Under the pieces are notes generated by a model. It worked only from the letters and a program-made list of their open reading frames with translations. It was not told where the DNA came from and made no database searches. Of a DNA stretch of 64,000 nt, positions 1 to 9,019 are shown piece by piece. A program made the translations under genes and the position numbers. Each line of letters starts with the position of its first letter. Position 1 is the stretch's first letter. Origin of the DNA: Waterburya sp. (GTDB lineage: Bacteria; Cyanobacteriota; Cyanobacteriia; Cyanobacteriales; Xenococcaceae); assembly GCA_965217895.1 (NCBI GenBank), contig CBDCJV010000002.1, positions 4,960,001-5,024,000 on the forward strand, in the 5' to 3' direction.

Positions 1-18
1 GCAATGGTTCGGACAAAA

Positions 19-1479
19 TTAGGCAGCAATAGCTCCGTAGTCATAAAGGTTTGAGTAATTGGGATGGGATTTAATTAAAGTAGGCTCTAGATCTAACTTG
101 TCAATAAATCGTTCAAGCAGATGGTAGTTAAGCGCACGGCGTTTGTAACTTGCCATTGAAAAAACAAAATTAGTCGAACAATTATGCTGTTGAACAGTAT
201 CCAATTTGGCAAGATTGAGCGCAGTGAGTGAAGCATTAAAATGAAAATCAAGCTTGCTTAGATCGCGAGCCTGACAATCAGCTAACCCTGTAAACTGTTT
301 ACTATCACGAAACACAAACTCGATTTGGAAGCGAGATTTATAGTAGAGATAAATCGAGTAAGCATCAAGCTCAAGATGAGTGCAAAATAAAACAGCATAG
401 CTTGAAGAAGCTGAATTATTGAGTAAATAGACTATCCGAACTTGGCGTTTAAGACTGATAGACCAAACAACGGCGGTGTAAAGATCTATACCGTTAGATA
501 ATTGAGTGACCAACTCAAAGTTATTTTGGTTGGTTAAATCGACTTTTTTGCCATACTTACGAGGTCGTCCTCTTCCTGAATATTCTTCTCGGTTGGGATA
601 ACGTAAATTGGCATCCCGTCGTAATTTTCCGATTGCTTCTAGCTTGAGGTTGGTGACTCCTTCGACCCATTTAATTTTGCTGTAGAATCCATCACTGACT
701 ACATAGCGAAGGGAGCTGGTTCACAAGTAGCAAGTAGCAAGTAGCAAGTAGCAATTTTACCTCTCGTTAAAACAAGAGGATTGAAACAAAGAAATGTGTT
801 TTATTTTTTTTCGTCTTTAAAGAGCGCAACGCTTGCGCGTTGCCAGTCGTCTTCGACGACGATCTGAGCCTTTCAGGCTCTGCGCTTTAGACCAACTTCG
901 GAGTTACTTAATTGCTATCTGTTATCTGCTACTTGTTACTTTTGCTCCAAAGGAGCTGGGTAAATAAGGAACAGTTACTTCTAATTGAGCTAGATAGTGA
1001 TTAATCCTAGTCGTTTCTGGTTGCTCATTTTTCTCTAAAGATGAGTTCTTGGCTGGTGTTTGCTGAACACTGAGGCTGTATCCCCTTTTTTTGCCTACAT
1101 CTACTACTGCCATTGCCGAAATCTCTAATCCTTTCTCTGCTCTTGATGCACTGCCGTTGTAAAAGCGATCCAGACCATAGGTTCGTTTTCCACTTTTGGG
1201 AATAAAAGAACAGTCTACCGCTAGGATTACCTCTGATTTAGAGTCAATTGCTTGCTCTATTAGCTTTTGGTTGAATTGGATGAAGTTAAAAGAACGTTGA
1301 TATTGTCGCCGATATGTTCGCTCACTGATTTGACTATAACGACTTAAGTTAACAAAATTAGCTCTACCGCAACCTACAAGCAGAGTTGAAAATAAGGTCA
1401 AGATAAATTTCTTTTGAGGATGTGTTAAATCCCCCATCGAGATCAGTAAGCTTTGTATAATTGTTTTGACGCTATCCAT
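19..1479 (-). pseudogene. DDE transposase interrupted by a 240-bp insertion
   Basis: ORFs 922-1479 and 19-513 join in frame (..PYLPSS|LRYVVSDGFY..) when 720-959 is removed, giving 406 aa. Motifs AVDCS, SDGFY and Y-x2-R-x3-E-x6-K (YKSRFQIEFVFRDSK). Confidence 0.9.
720..951. mobile_element. 232-bp non-coding inserted element with inverted heptamer-repeat arms and internal hairpins
   Basis: Flanked by direct repeat GGAGCTGG (712-719, 952-959). Left arm is (CAAGTAG)x4-CAATT and the right arm is its degenerate reverse complement. Three GC-rich hairpins lie inside. Confidence 0.85.
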
Positions 1480-1561
1480 TGCAGGTAATCTTTCAACACT
1501 TTTACCTTAATTCAGTGGATGGCTTTTTTTCTCTCTTTTACAAAAATTGTCCGAACCATTG

Positions 1562-2194
1562 TTAATATGGATTGACTATTAAGCTATGATTCTTCGCAAT
1601 AGAAAGAATTGTATCTCTAAGATCTGGATGATTTAAATTCAAAATCTCAACTTTTACCGATGCCATTTTTGACTTTGCCCTTTCATATAAAACGACAGCA
1701 TCTTCACCGTTGTGCGCTCCAGCAAAAATCAAACCATCAATTTCTCCATACAGTTGGTGATTCTCATAGAAGTAGCGCCCCCAAGCTTGAGAAATATCTC
1801 TTTCGGTAATAGATGATATAGCAGCTAGTGTTCCTGCTGCCATCGCAGCAGAACCCCTTAAGTCTAGTAGCTCGAAAGTATCTTTTAGAGTAATAAAAGC
1901 TAACTGTTGCTGTTCGATCCTAATTACTCCACCATCACCAAATATTTCTACTAAACAACAAGATAAGCTAAATCCAGCATAGATAACACTTCACTCAGGA
2001 TCTATTCTGTTTTTACTTTCTCGATGATGATCGAATCTACTTATTGGTCCATAGTTACGGAAACTAATGTCAGTAGCGTCATACTTTGTCGGATCAAAGA
2101 TCCGTATCAACACATCACTACTATTCAAAGTTGTTAATTTTGGGGCTACACTCCTTAGCGGTGGAGGCAAATGAACTCGACCATTACCAACCAA
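1562..2194 (-). pseudogene. RES-domain toxin with one in-frame TGA
   Basis: ORFs 1991-2194 and 1562-1843 share a frame; read-through gives RFDHH..DPE*SVIYAG..CLVEIFGD..LLDLRG..VVLYER. It overlaps the 3' end of the antitoxin gene. Confidence 0.8.
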
Positions 2195-2789
2195 TACCTA
2201 CCGCTCTGGCTTCAATTACTACAGCTTCAATCTCACCCTGCTTAAGCATCTCGATTGGTGTCTTTTTATCGAATGCTAAATGAGGTTTATTAAACCAGTT
2301 CAGTTTAGTAAAGTCAGAAACATCTAAAGCAGCCAGTACCTCTGACAAACCGTCTATAACTCCATCGTCTCCAGACGGGTCAAACTGCCATAAGGGATAT
2401 TTGTAGACTCCTCCATCCTTTACCCCTAGCAAAGTCTTAGCCAAACGGCGATCGCGCACCGTGGCTCTATTTTGGCATCCCAGAAGCTCGGCTACCTTGG
2501 AAGAGGTAATGCTCCCTGAGAGCAATTCTCGACGACGCTGATAGTAACGTTCCAAATTAGCTAGTTCCAACTCCCAAGACTGCCCCTCAACGTAATCCTT
2601 ACCTGCAATCTTTTTAGCTAATTCCTTCTCAGCAGAAGATACTACCTGTGGCTCTAACGAACGTTGCAGGATTTCTAAATGTTTTGGTTCGGCGATCGCA
2701 ATTAGAGCTTCTATACGCTTTAGAATTGCCGTTGCTGATTTGCGTTTGGACTTGGGGACTTCTATCTCAGCTAGAAAAGTATTTTTCAT
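2184..2789 (-). CDS. Xre/MbcA/ParS-type antitoxin of the RES toxin
   Basis: Central HTH-like segment (SSKVAELLG), YPLWQF, and C-terminal WFNKPHLAFDKKTPIEML typical of the MbcA/ParS C-terminal domain. Directly upstream of the RES gene. Confidence 0.75.
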   Translation of the reverse strand: MKNTFLAEIEVPKSKRKSATAILKRIEALIAIAEPKHLEILQRSLEPQVVSSAEKELAKKIAGKDYVEGQSWELELANLERYYQRRRELLSGSITSSKVAELLGCQNRATVRDRRLAKTLLGVKDGGVYKYPLWQFDPSGDDGVIDGLSEVLAALDVSDFTKLNWFNKPHLAFDKKTPIEMLKQGEIEAVVIEARAVGIGW

Positions 2790-3023
2790 GGTTTATTAAC
2801 CGAATTTTCTACTCTAATTGTAGCTTATGTATGAGATGTAGGCAAAAATAAAAACTAGATATGAAATGTTGTTTTACCACCGATTAGTGTCCAAATAAGA
2901 TCTAGGAATTGTAAACTTAGTAGCTGTAATTATTTATATAAACAGTTTTTGGATATTTATATTAAATACAATAGTTATTTGATACGCAATTGATATGCAA
3001 AAATTAAAATGAGGCAAGCAAGC

Positions 3024-3051
3024 ATAATTTCTGGTATAATTTCTGGTAGAT
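3024..3051 (+). promoter_or_regulatory. Probable vapBC promoter/operator
   Basis: Tandem 12-mer ATAATTTCTGGT x2 contains an extended -10 (TGGTATAAT). SD AGGAGG precedes ATG 3072. Confidence 0.55.
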
Positions 3052-3071
3052 GTTGATTAGGAGGTTTAAGT

Positions 3072-3308
3072 ATGCCCAGTACATCGGTTTATCTACCAGA
3101 GGAAATGTCGACCAGATTGAAGAAATACTCGGATAAGGCAGATGTCAAACAAAGTACCAATAGCATTATTGTTGCTGCTCTATCAGAATATTTAGATAAA
3201 TATGAAAGTATTAAACAGTGGAGTACTGAATTTCTAGAATGGGGGGGTGAAGAAGAAACAGAAGGGTTCGAGATAGATCGTACTCCTTGGAGAGAAATTG
3301 AACTTTGA
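3072..3308 (+). CDS. RHH/CopG-like antitoxin (VapB-type)
   Basis: N-terminal beta-helix-helix pattern (TSVYLPEEM..), acidic C-terminus, strong SD, 4-bp overlap with the PIN gene. Confidence 0.7.
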   Translation: MPSTSVYLPEEMSTRLKKYSDKADVKQSTNSIIVAALSEYLDKYESIKQWSTEFLEWGGEEETEGFEIDRTPWREIEL

Positions 3309-3712
3309 AATATTTATTAGATACTACTACTGTTTCTGATTACTTAAGAAAGAATCAAGCGGTAGTGACACATCTGCATAGTACTCCACCTATTGATCTG
3401 GCTATATCTACTATTACCAAGTTTGAAATTGCCTACGGTTTGGCTAATAAGCCTAGTTTGATTGAAAAGTATCGTCATCAATTGTCCGAACTATATCAAA
3501 AAACTAATAATCTGGTGATTGATGCCCAAGTAGCAGATCTAGCGGGAAATATTAGAAGTGAGTTAAAAAATGCTGGTACGCCCATTGGCATCCCCGATAT
3601 TTTGATTGCTGCTACCGCCCGTCTCCACGGCTTAACTGTCGTCACCAGCAATATCAAAGATTTTACCAAGATCGAGAAATTGCCAGTAATTGATTGGAAA
3701 GAAAAGCTTTGA
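3305..3712 (+). CDS. vapC: PIN-domain toxin (VapC family)
   Basis: YLLDTT..S, ITKFEI, PDILIAATA and VVTSNIKDF PIN motifs. Confidence 0.9.
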   Translation: MKYLLDTTTVSDYLRKNQAVVTHLHSTPPIDLAISTITKFEIAYGLANKPSLIEKYRHQLSELYQKTNNLVIDAQVADLAGNIRSELKNAGTPIGIPDILIAATARLHGLTVVTSNIKDFTKIEKLPVIDWKEKL

Positions 3713-3718
3713 ATCTGA

Positions 3719-4210
3719 GTGATGGGAAGAAAACCTAACCCTACTTGCCATTACTGTGCCAAGAACTATCTCCGAGAGGAAGAGGCAAAACAAAAGCATC
3801 CAGAATGTTATGTAGGTCATAACTGTCGTATTAAGCGGAGTCGGCTAAAAAATCCTGGTAAGGTGAATGCTAAACGTCGTCAAAATGCTGCCAGGAAAAA
3901 AGGTATTACAACCATAGAGCCTATATTACCCGAAGCGTACCGAGCAGAGCTTGAGATTTACGGCAAAAAACATCAGTTTGTTCATGCGATCGCTCTCAAA
4001 ATATATCAAGGAAACAAGCTATCCCATCAAATGTTACCGCAGCACACTCAAGGATTAAGACAGCCAGAATTAGAGGCTTATATTCAAAAGCTTCTAGATT
4101 ATCTAGAGACGGAGTATGGGGTTGATTGTTATGGACTGATCTATTGGCTAAGTCCTGTTCATTGTCCAGAATGCAAAACTAACGTACCTAGCAACAAGAT
4201 TTTGAACTAA
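3719..4210 (+). CDS. Cys/His-rich (putative Zn-binding) basic hypothetical protein
   Basis: CHYC..HPEC..C cluster, basic helix, C-terminal HCPEC; 163-aa open frame directly after vapC. Confidence 0.7.
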   Translation: MMGRKPNPTCHYCAKNYLREEEAKQKHPECYVGHNCRIKRSRLKNPGKVNAKRRQNAARKKGITTIEPILPEAYRAELEIYGKKHQFVHAIALKIYQGNKLSHQMLPQHTQGLRQPELEAYIQKLLDYLETEYGVDCYGLIYWLSPVHCPECKTNVPSNKILN

Positions 4211-4228
4211 CTCATTTGAACTAACTCA
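4201..4228. repeat. 14-bp perfect tandem duplication TTTGAACTAACTCA
   Basis: 4201-4214 is identical to 4215-4228; it spans the stop of one gene and abuts the ATG of the next. Confidence 0.9.
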
Positions 4229-4810
4229 ATGGATTACTCGTTTAGTAGTATAATTCAACAAGTTAACTTAATTGACTCATCTGAGTTGGGAGATGAGATA
4301 AAGCTGCGGCGATCGGGTGAACTTTTCTATTAGGGTAGTATTAATCTTGTAGAGCAAGCGAAAATAGCTTTAGCAGTAGCACAACGGCAGGAGATTAATC
4401 TTGTTGATACTTCTATTGATGATAGTTTTAGTCAATTTTTATTTTCTTTAACTCAACAAAGTATTAGTACTTCATTTTTAGCCAAGTACCTCATTCCCCA
4501 GCCAAAAACAGCATATCAAAGAAAATCATCAATTAAAACTCAGGTATTAAGTTCAACTGAAGCAATAAGTTTATTGGAAGCAGACATAATTGAATCAGAG
4601 GTCATTTCCCTTGCCCACGATGAGGATATTAATGCCTGGATAGAGCGAATAAGAAGGTGTCTTGAAACTAATCCCAAAATCGATACCATGCTCCAAATTG
4701 TAGAAGCCACTAATCTATCTATAGCTCAAGTGTTTATCTCTTTATTATTTAGTGATTATAAGCTTATTCAGCGAAATAATTTCTATGGGGAAATTGAGAT
4801 CGAAAACTAG
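4229..4810 (+). pseudogene. Hypothetical protein, possibly ScpA/kleisin-like, with one in-frame TAG
   Basis: ATG 4229 is in frame with ORF 4574-4810; the only internal stop is TAG 4331-4333. C-terminus reads LAHDEDI..VFISLLF..LIQRNNFYGEIEI. Confidence 0.6.
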
Positions 4811-4868
4811 TCCAATTTTCTTCGAGCGCCTGTAACAGGGTCGTTACAAGTGTTACGAACAAAGCGCC

Positions 4869-5408
4869 TTAAGCATACTCAAAACTCAGCTTTTCAATAT
4901 CTTCATTCACTAATGATGAAGTTTGTATCTCTATTTCTCGAGCGCTATAAACAAAAGTCCCTTCTCTTAATTGAAATATTTTTTTTAGTTGGAGGACATC
5001 ATCTGTATCTCCAAAATATATCAGTCCTGAAATTCCTGAAGAATCAAATATGTAATTAATAGCCATTCTATAGCTTTCTTGAGTTATTTCCTGTCTACCC
5101 CGATCTAACTGAGATATGATGTTAGCCTTAAAATTGTTCTGTTTGCAGTACTGCTTGATTTTACAGCGTACAGTTTTTTCTTGTTCTTTAGTGGTGCAGC
5201 GTAAATAGACAACGATTGACTGTTTTTTCAAAGAGCGATATACAGGAGAAGACTTAAATTCTTGGACAGTATTTTTATTAAATACTCTTTTGCCATTGGT
5301 TTCAATTCGACTAAAACTGATGTGTCCATCGTCAACCAGTTTGTTTACGGCTGATTCTGACAAACCAAGCAAATCCATTACTCCTCTTAAATAAAGTCCT
5401 TTTTCCAT
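4869..5408 (-). CDS. HTH plus degenerate serine-recombinase (IS607 TnpA-like) protein
   Basis: N-terminal excisionase/MerR-like HTH (VMDLLGLSESAVNKLVDDGHI) followed by IVVYLRCTT..Q, resembling YARVS(S/T)..Q. Start chosen at the ATG with SD GAGG. Confidence 0.6.
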   Translation of the reverse strand: MEKGLYLRGVMDLLGLSESAVNKLVDDGHISFSRIETNGKRVFNKNTVQEFKSSPVYRSLKKQSIVVYLRCTTKEQEKTVRCKIKQYCKQNNFKANIISQLDRGRQEITQESYRMAINYIFDSSGISGLIYFGDTDDVLQLKKIFQLREGTFVYSAREIEIQTSSLVNEDIEKLSFEYA

Positions 5409-5529
5409 CCTCTTCCTCTTTGAACTACATAAAATTAAATGAATCAAATTAATTGTTCACTATCTTAATCCGATCGTTGACAATTTTGGCTAGATACAAA
5501 TCAAAATTCAGATTTTTAAATTATAAAAT

Positions 5530-6600
5530 TCAACCTATTTCCCAGACTCGCTCTTTTTCCTTAGTCTGTTCGGAATTAGGTTCGGGCTTGGTGTGAATAG
5601 TTTTTCTGGTTTCTGATTGAGCTTCTTTTGCTATATTTGATTCCCACTCGCCAAAGATTTGGTCGAGCATTTGCTTCATCTTCAAAGGAATATAGTTTCG
5701 TATATTAGTCATATTCCAACTAACATCTAGCTTTGGCTCTAATTCAACTATTTCATTACGATTAGCCATCAAAATTGCATCGGTATCCCGTTCGGGATCG
5801 AAACTTACCCTGTGTGACAAAAGCCTAGGTAAACTTGCATTGTGCAGTTTACATCCCCTCACTTTAAAATCTTGCAGCTTATAGCTAATTCCTTTGACTA
5901 CGTTATCTTCAATCCGAAACTTGGGGTCAATCTGTAACCTTTGTAAACGAGCTATGAATATTGACAAGCTTGGGCGGTCGTGGCTAGCTAAGTCAATACC
6001 TGATTGAATTTTGATAGTGTAAGGCACTTTTGGTTTTTCTTCTCTTTCTTGCTTTTGGTATTCTTCAATCTCTCGCATCATCCTCTGTACTTGTCCTGTA
6101 GAGGTAGCCTTATATCCTCGTCGATCTGAAGAATGTACGTGGGTCAAATTATGGTTTACTTCTCTTTCTCTCAAAATCTTTTCTAACTTTTTCCGCTCAA
6201 AACTATCCTTAACTCGGCGACCTTCAAAATCAATCACATTAATCAAAATATGAAAATGATCGTGATTATGAGTGCGATCGTGTCCTGGGTCAATGCGGTC
6301 GTGACGTACTACCATAAACTGATTATCATCGTAACCAAGTTCTTCTCTAATCGTGTCAGCTATATCTTTTACAGTCCAATAATCCTGTTCTCCATCTTCA
6401 GGAGCAAAAGCAACTGAGATGTGTTTGACTGCTTTTTGGCATCTATAATTTTGTTCGGCACAAAGCTTGAGTTCGGCAATCATCTCATGGCGATTAAACC
6501 CAGCTAAATTAGTATCGATAAGTACTGGAGTCTTAGTTGGATCGAGGAGATAGTCAACTATACCCCGAAAGTCCTTGCCAGTAGCAATGTTGCCAATCAT
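5530..6600 (-). CDS. Relaxase/mobilisation nuclease (MOBP-like)
   Basis: N-terminal Tyr motif (FRGIVDYLL), KHISVAF and HUH motif HDHFHILIN; overlaps mobC. Confidence 0.9.
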   Translation of the reverse strand: MIGNIATGKDFRGIVDYLLDPTKTPVLIDTNLAGFNRHEMIAELKLCAEQNYRCQKAVKHISVAFAPEDGEQDYWTVKDIADTIREELGYDDNQFMVVRHDRIDPGHDRTHNHDHFHILINVIDFEGRRVKDSFERKKLEKILREREVNHNLTHVHSSDRRGYKATSTGQVQRMMREIEEYQKQEREEKPKVPYTIKIQSGIDLASHDRPSLSIFIARLQRLQIDPKFRIEDNVVKGISYKLQDFKVRGCKLHNASLPRLLSHRVSFDPERDTDAILMANRNEIVELEPKLDVSWNMTNIRNYIPLKMKQMLDQIFGEWESNIAKEAQSETRKTIHTKPEPNSEQTKEKERVWEIG

Positions 6601-6852
6601 TTTCTGTTCTTATCTACCATTAACAATCGAAGCATATTCAATTCTTTATTGACGCTGCTGATATAAGTGTTAATGTCACTTAACTCTTCTGGCAAAGGAT
6701 AATGAGCAGGGACAGAACCACCTTCTAAGCGTTCTGTATGCAAAACTTTGGCTATTTGGTTGATGTTATTGCCGATTTGATTTAGTTCTCTTGAAACCTG
6801 ACCCATAACTCGATAGGTTTGCCAGTTGACCTTGAATATAGGTGCAGGCATG
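6597..6852 (-). pseudogene. mobC: MobC relaxosome accessory protein, N-terminally truncated
   Basis: ELNQIGNNINQIAK signature is present. The N-terminal RHH part is missing and is replaced by the upstream oxygenase reading frame. Confidence 0.7.
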
Positions 6853-7317
6853 GAGATGCTTACAGTGAAATTCAATTAAATCACCAGGATGGAGTAAATA
6901 ATTGATACAGGCATTAGAACTATTGTTGATTCGGCAATCACTATAGCTGAAATTAGCCACATCGCCTAAGTTCAATAATCTCGCAGTATCAGAGGCAAAA
7001 CTAGTATCTCGATGATGCTCTATCTGAGCGTTACTGCAAACGTTATTATTTCGTCCGTGGAAACTGATCAAAGCGGTATTACAATTAGGATATAGCCACT
7101 GAATTACTTTGTTTAAATAAACATCATTGTAGGCAGGAGTTAATTCTGGTTGTCTGCTTAAGCTAGGTTCGTTGATTAGCCACAGGCGGTAGCGATCGCG
7201 GGCATATCGCGAGACATCTAGACTCATTTTAAGTACTAATTGACTGAGACAGTATTGATGAAAATCATGATAGGCTTGACCTCGATCGCAAATATTGGCA
7301 ATAAATTTTAAACTCAT
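6766..7317 (-). pseudogene. 2OG-Fe(II) oxygenase (AlkB-like), 3'-truncated
   Basis: IEHHRD (HxD), RLLNLG and LHPGDLIEF..HLHAC (distal His). The final Arg-bearing strand is absent and the tail is out-of-frame mobC sequence. Confidence 0.6.
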
Positions 7318-7624
7318 TTTCAAAATAACAATATAAGGCAGTGTTGCGAAAAGAAAAACTCGATCGCACATATTTTCTACAGCAGAAATCAATTAATTCA
7401 GAACTTGTTACCAAAAGCTGAACTTTAATCTTTTTAGTTAATAATTTTATGAGCTTAGAAATATAAACTATGTTGAAGATTTTTTTGGAAACTAAATGTC
7501 TCGATTTAAAAATAACTCTTAGGCAATGGCTAAAAGCTGAATAGTTGCAGATAAATGCGATCGCGATTATACGGACTTTGGCGATTCAAGTCTCGACAAA
7601 CACTTAACAATAGAGAGTCAAAAA

Positions 7625-8580
7625 ATGCCTCAAATCACTATAGTTATTCCTGCCTACAATTCCTTGCCCTATCTTCGGGAAACACTAGAAAGTGTTTTTC
7701 AGCAAACCTATAAAAATTTTGTATTGTAGTCAATAACGGCAGCACTGATGAAACAGAACAGTATGTCTCTTCCCTAAGCGATCCTCGCTTGAGATTGATT
7801 AATCAAACCAATAAAGGTTCTTCCATTGCCCGCAATACAGGAATTACTAATGCCCAAGGAGAATACATTGCTTTTCTAGACGATGACGATCTTTGGGGGC
7901 CAACTAAGCTTGTCAAACAGTTAAGTATTTTAGAAGCAAATTCAGAAGTTGGCTTGGTATACACTTGGGTTGCTTATATAGACGAGCAGGGAAAATCTAC
8001 AGGCAGAACCTTTAACAACTGCATGGAGGGTCATGTTTGGCAAGAGCTAACTGCCCACAATATAGTTGAATGTGGTAGCGTTCCTATGGTTCGTCGTTCC
8101 TGCTTTGAAGCTTGTGGAATGTTCGATCAAAATCTAGGCTCTGCCTTTGAAGATTGGGATATGTGGCTGAGGATAGCAACTTGCTACCCCTTTAAAGTAG
8201 TTAAAGAATCTTTAGTATATTATCGACAACGTTCGGCTAGTAGTTCCAAAAATTGGCAGGCAATGTCAAAAAGCTTTAATTTAGTTATCGAAAAGGCTTT
8301 CGCTTCTGCTCCACCAGAGCTACTTGATTTAAAAAAGCGAAGCTATGGTTTGGCTTATATGTGTTTGGCCTGGAAACCACTACAATGCGATCGCCAAGAT
8401 TATCAAAAAGCCGATTATTTTTTTCGACAGGCTCTTAAACACTATCCCCAGTTACGTTTTTCTAAAGAATATGTGCGTCTCAGTTTTGCGATCGCTCTGA
8501 TGCGATTGCTCAAACCTAATGGTTATACCAAAATTAAATCGCTATTCTACGCACTTCGGAGATTAAAGCCCAGTAAATAG
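7625..8580 (+). pseudogene. Family 2 glycosyltransferase, frameshifted near 7720
   Basis: MPQITIVIPAYN..TYKNF from ATG 7625 shifts frame to IVVNNGSTD..; ARNTG, FLDDDD and EDWD motifs. Confidence 0.85.
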
Positions 8581-8749
8581 TTGAACAATAGGGAGTCAAA
8601 AAAGAGTCAAGGAATAACGTTTATATTTAGCTTTTGGGTGCTTAAAAATCTCTCTAAAGCGACACCTCACGAACAATTCTAACCACATAAATAACCAGTT
8701 AAAAGCTTTGCAAACAAATACTAGATAAGTAAATACATTTAGTGAAATT

Positions 8750-9019
8750 TCAGGGATTTCTTCTGCTTCTGGAGCATGACTTTAAAGCGATTGTATTTTT
8801 TCTAACCCACCGAATTATAGTATTGTAGTTAACGCCTGTAACTCTCTCGATTACCCGAAAACCTAATCCATTGACGTACATTTTTAGGCAATTTTCTATC
8901 ACCGATGAAGAATAACCCGCCTTAGTATACTGATTGATAAATTGATTGATAAATTGGCGATCGCATTCCTGGCAATGGTAATTCTGTTTTCCTCTCATCC
9001 CTACGGGATGCAACGCCAT
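8750..9019 (-). mobile_element. IS1-family InsA-like remnant
   Basis: GKQNYHCQECDRQF and CLKMYVNGLGFRVIERVTGVNYNTIIRWVR. No DDE part; contains a 12-bp internal duplication. Confidence 0.75.

Larger units (their letters stand above)
2..1561 (-). mobile_element. IS4/IS701-like DDE insertion sequence (about 1,320 bp without the internal insertion)
   Basis: Perfect 15-bp terminal inverted repeats CAATGGTTCGGACAA (2-16) / TTGTCCGAACCATTG (1547-1561) enclose a transposase. The left flank lies outside the window, so the TSD cannot be seen. Confidence 0.9.

Noticed and set aside
724..755. Heptamer arrays (here and at 24705, 30966, 36481) as CRISPR repeats
   Set aside because: The units are 7 bp and contiguous, with no spacers and no cas genes.
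820..890. Cloverleaf-like hairpin cluster as a tRNA
   Set aside because: No T-loop or D-loop consensus, no 7-nt anticodon loop and no acceptor stem with CCA.
4831..4848. TGTAAC-N6-GTTACA as an NtcA site
   Set aside because: Spacing is GTA-N10-TAC rather than N8, and it lies between convergent gene ends.
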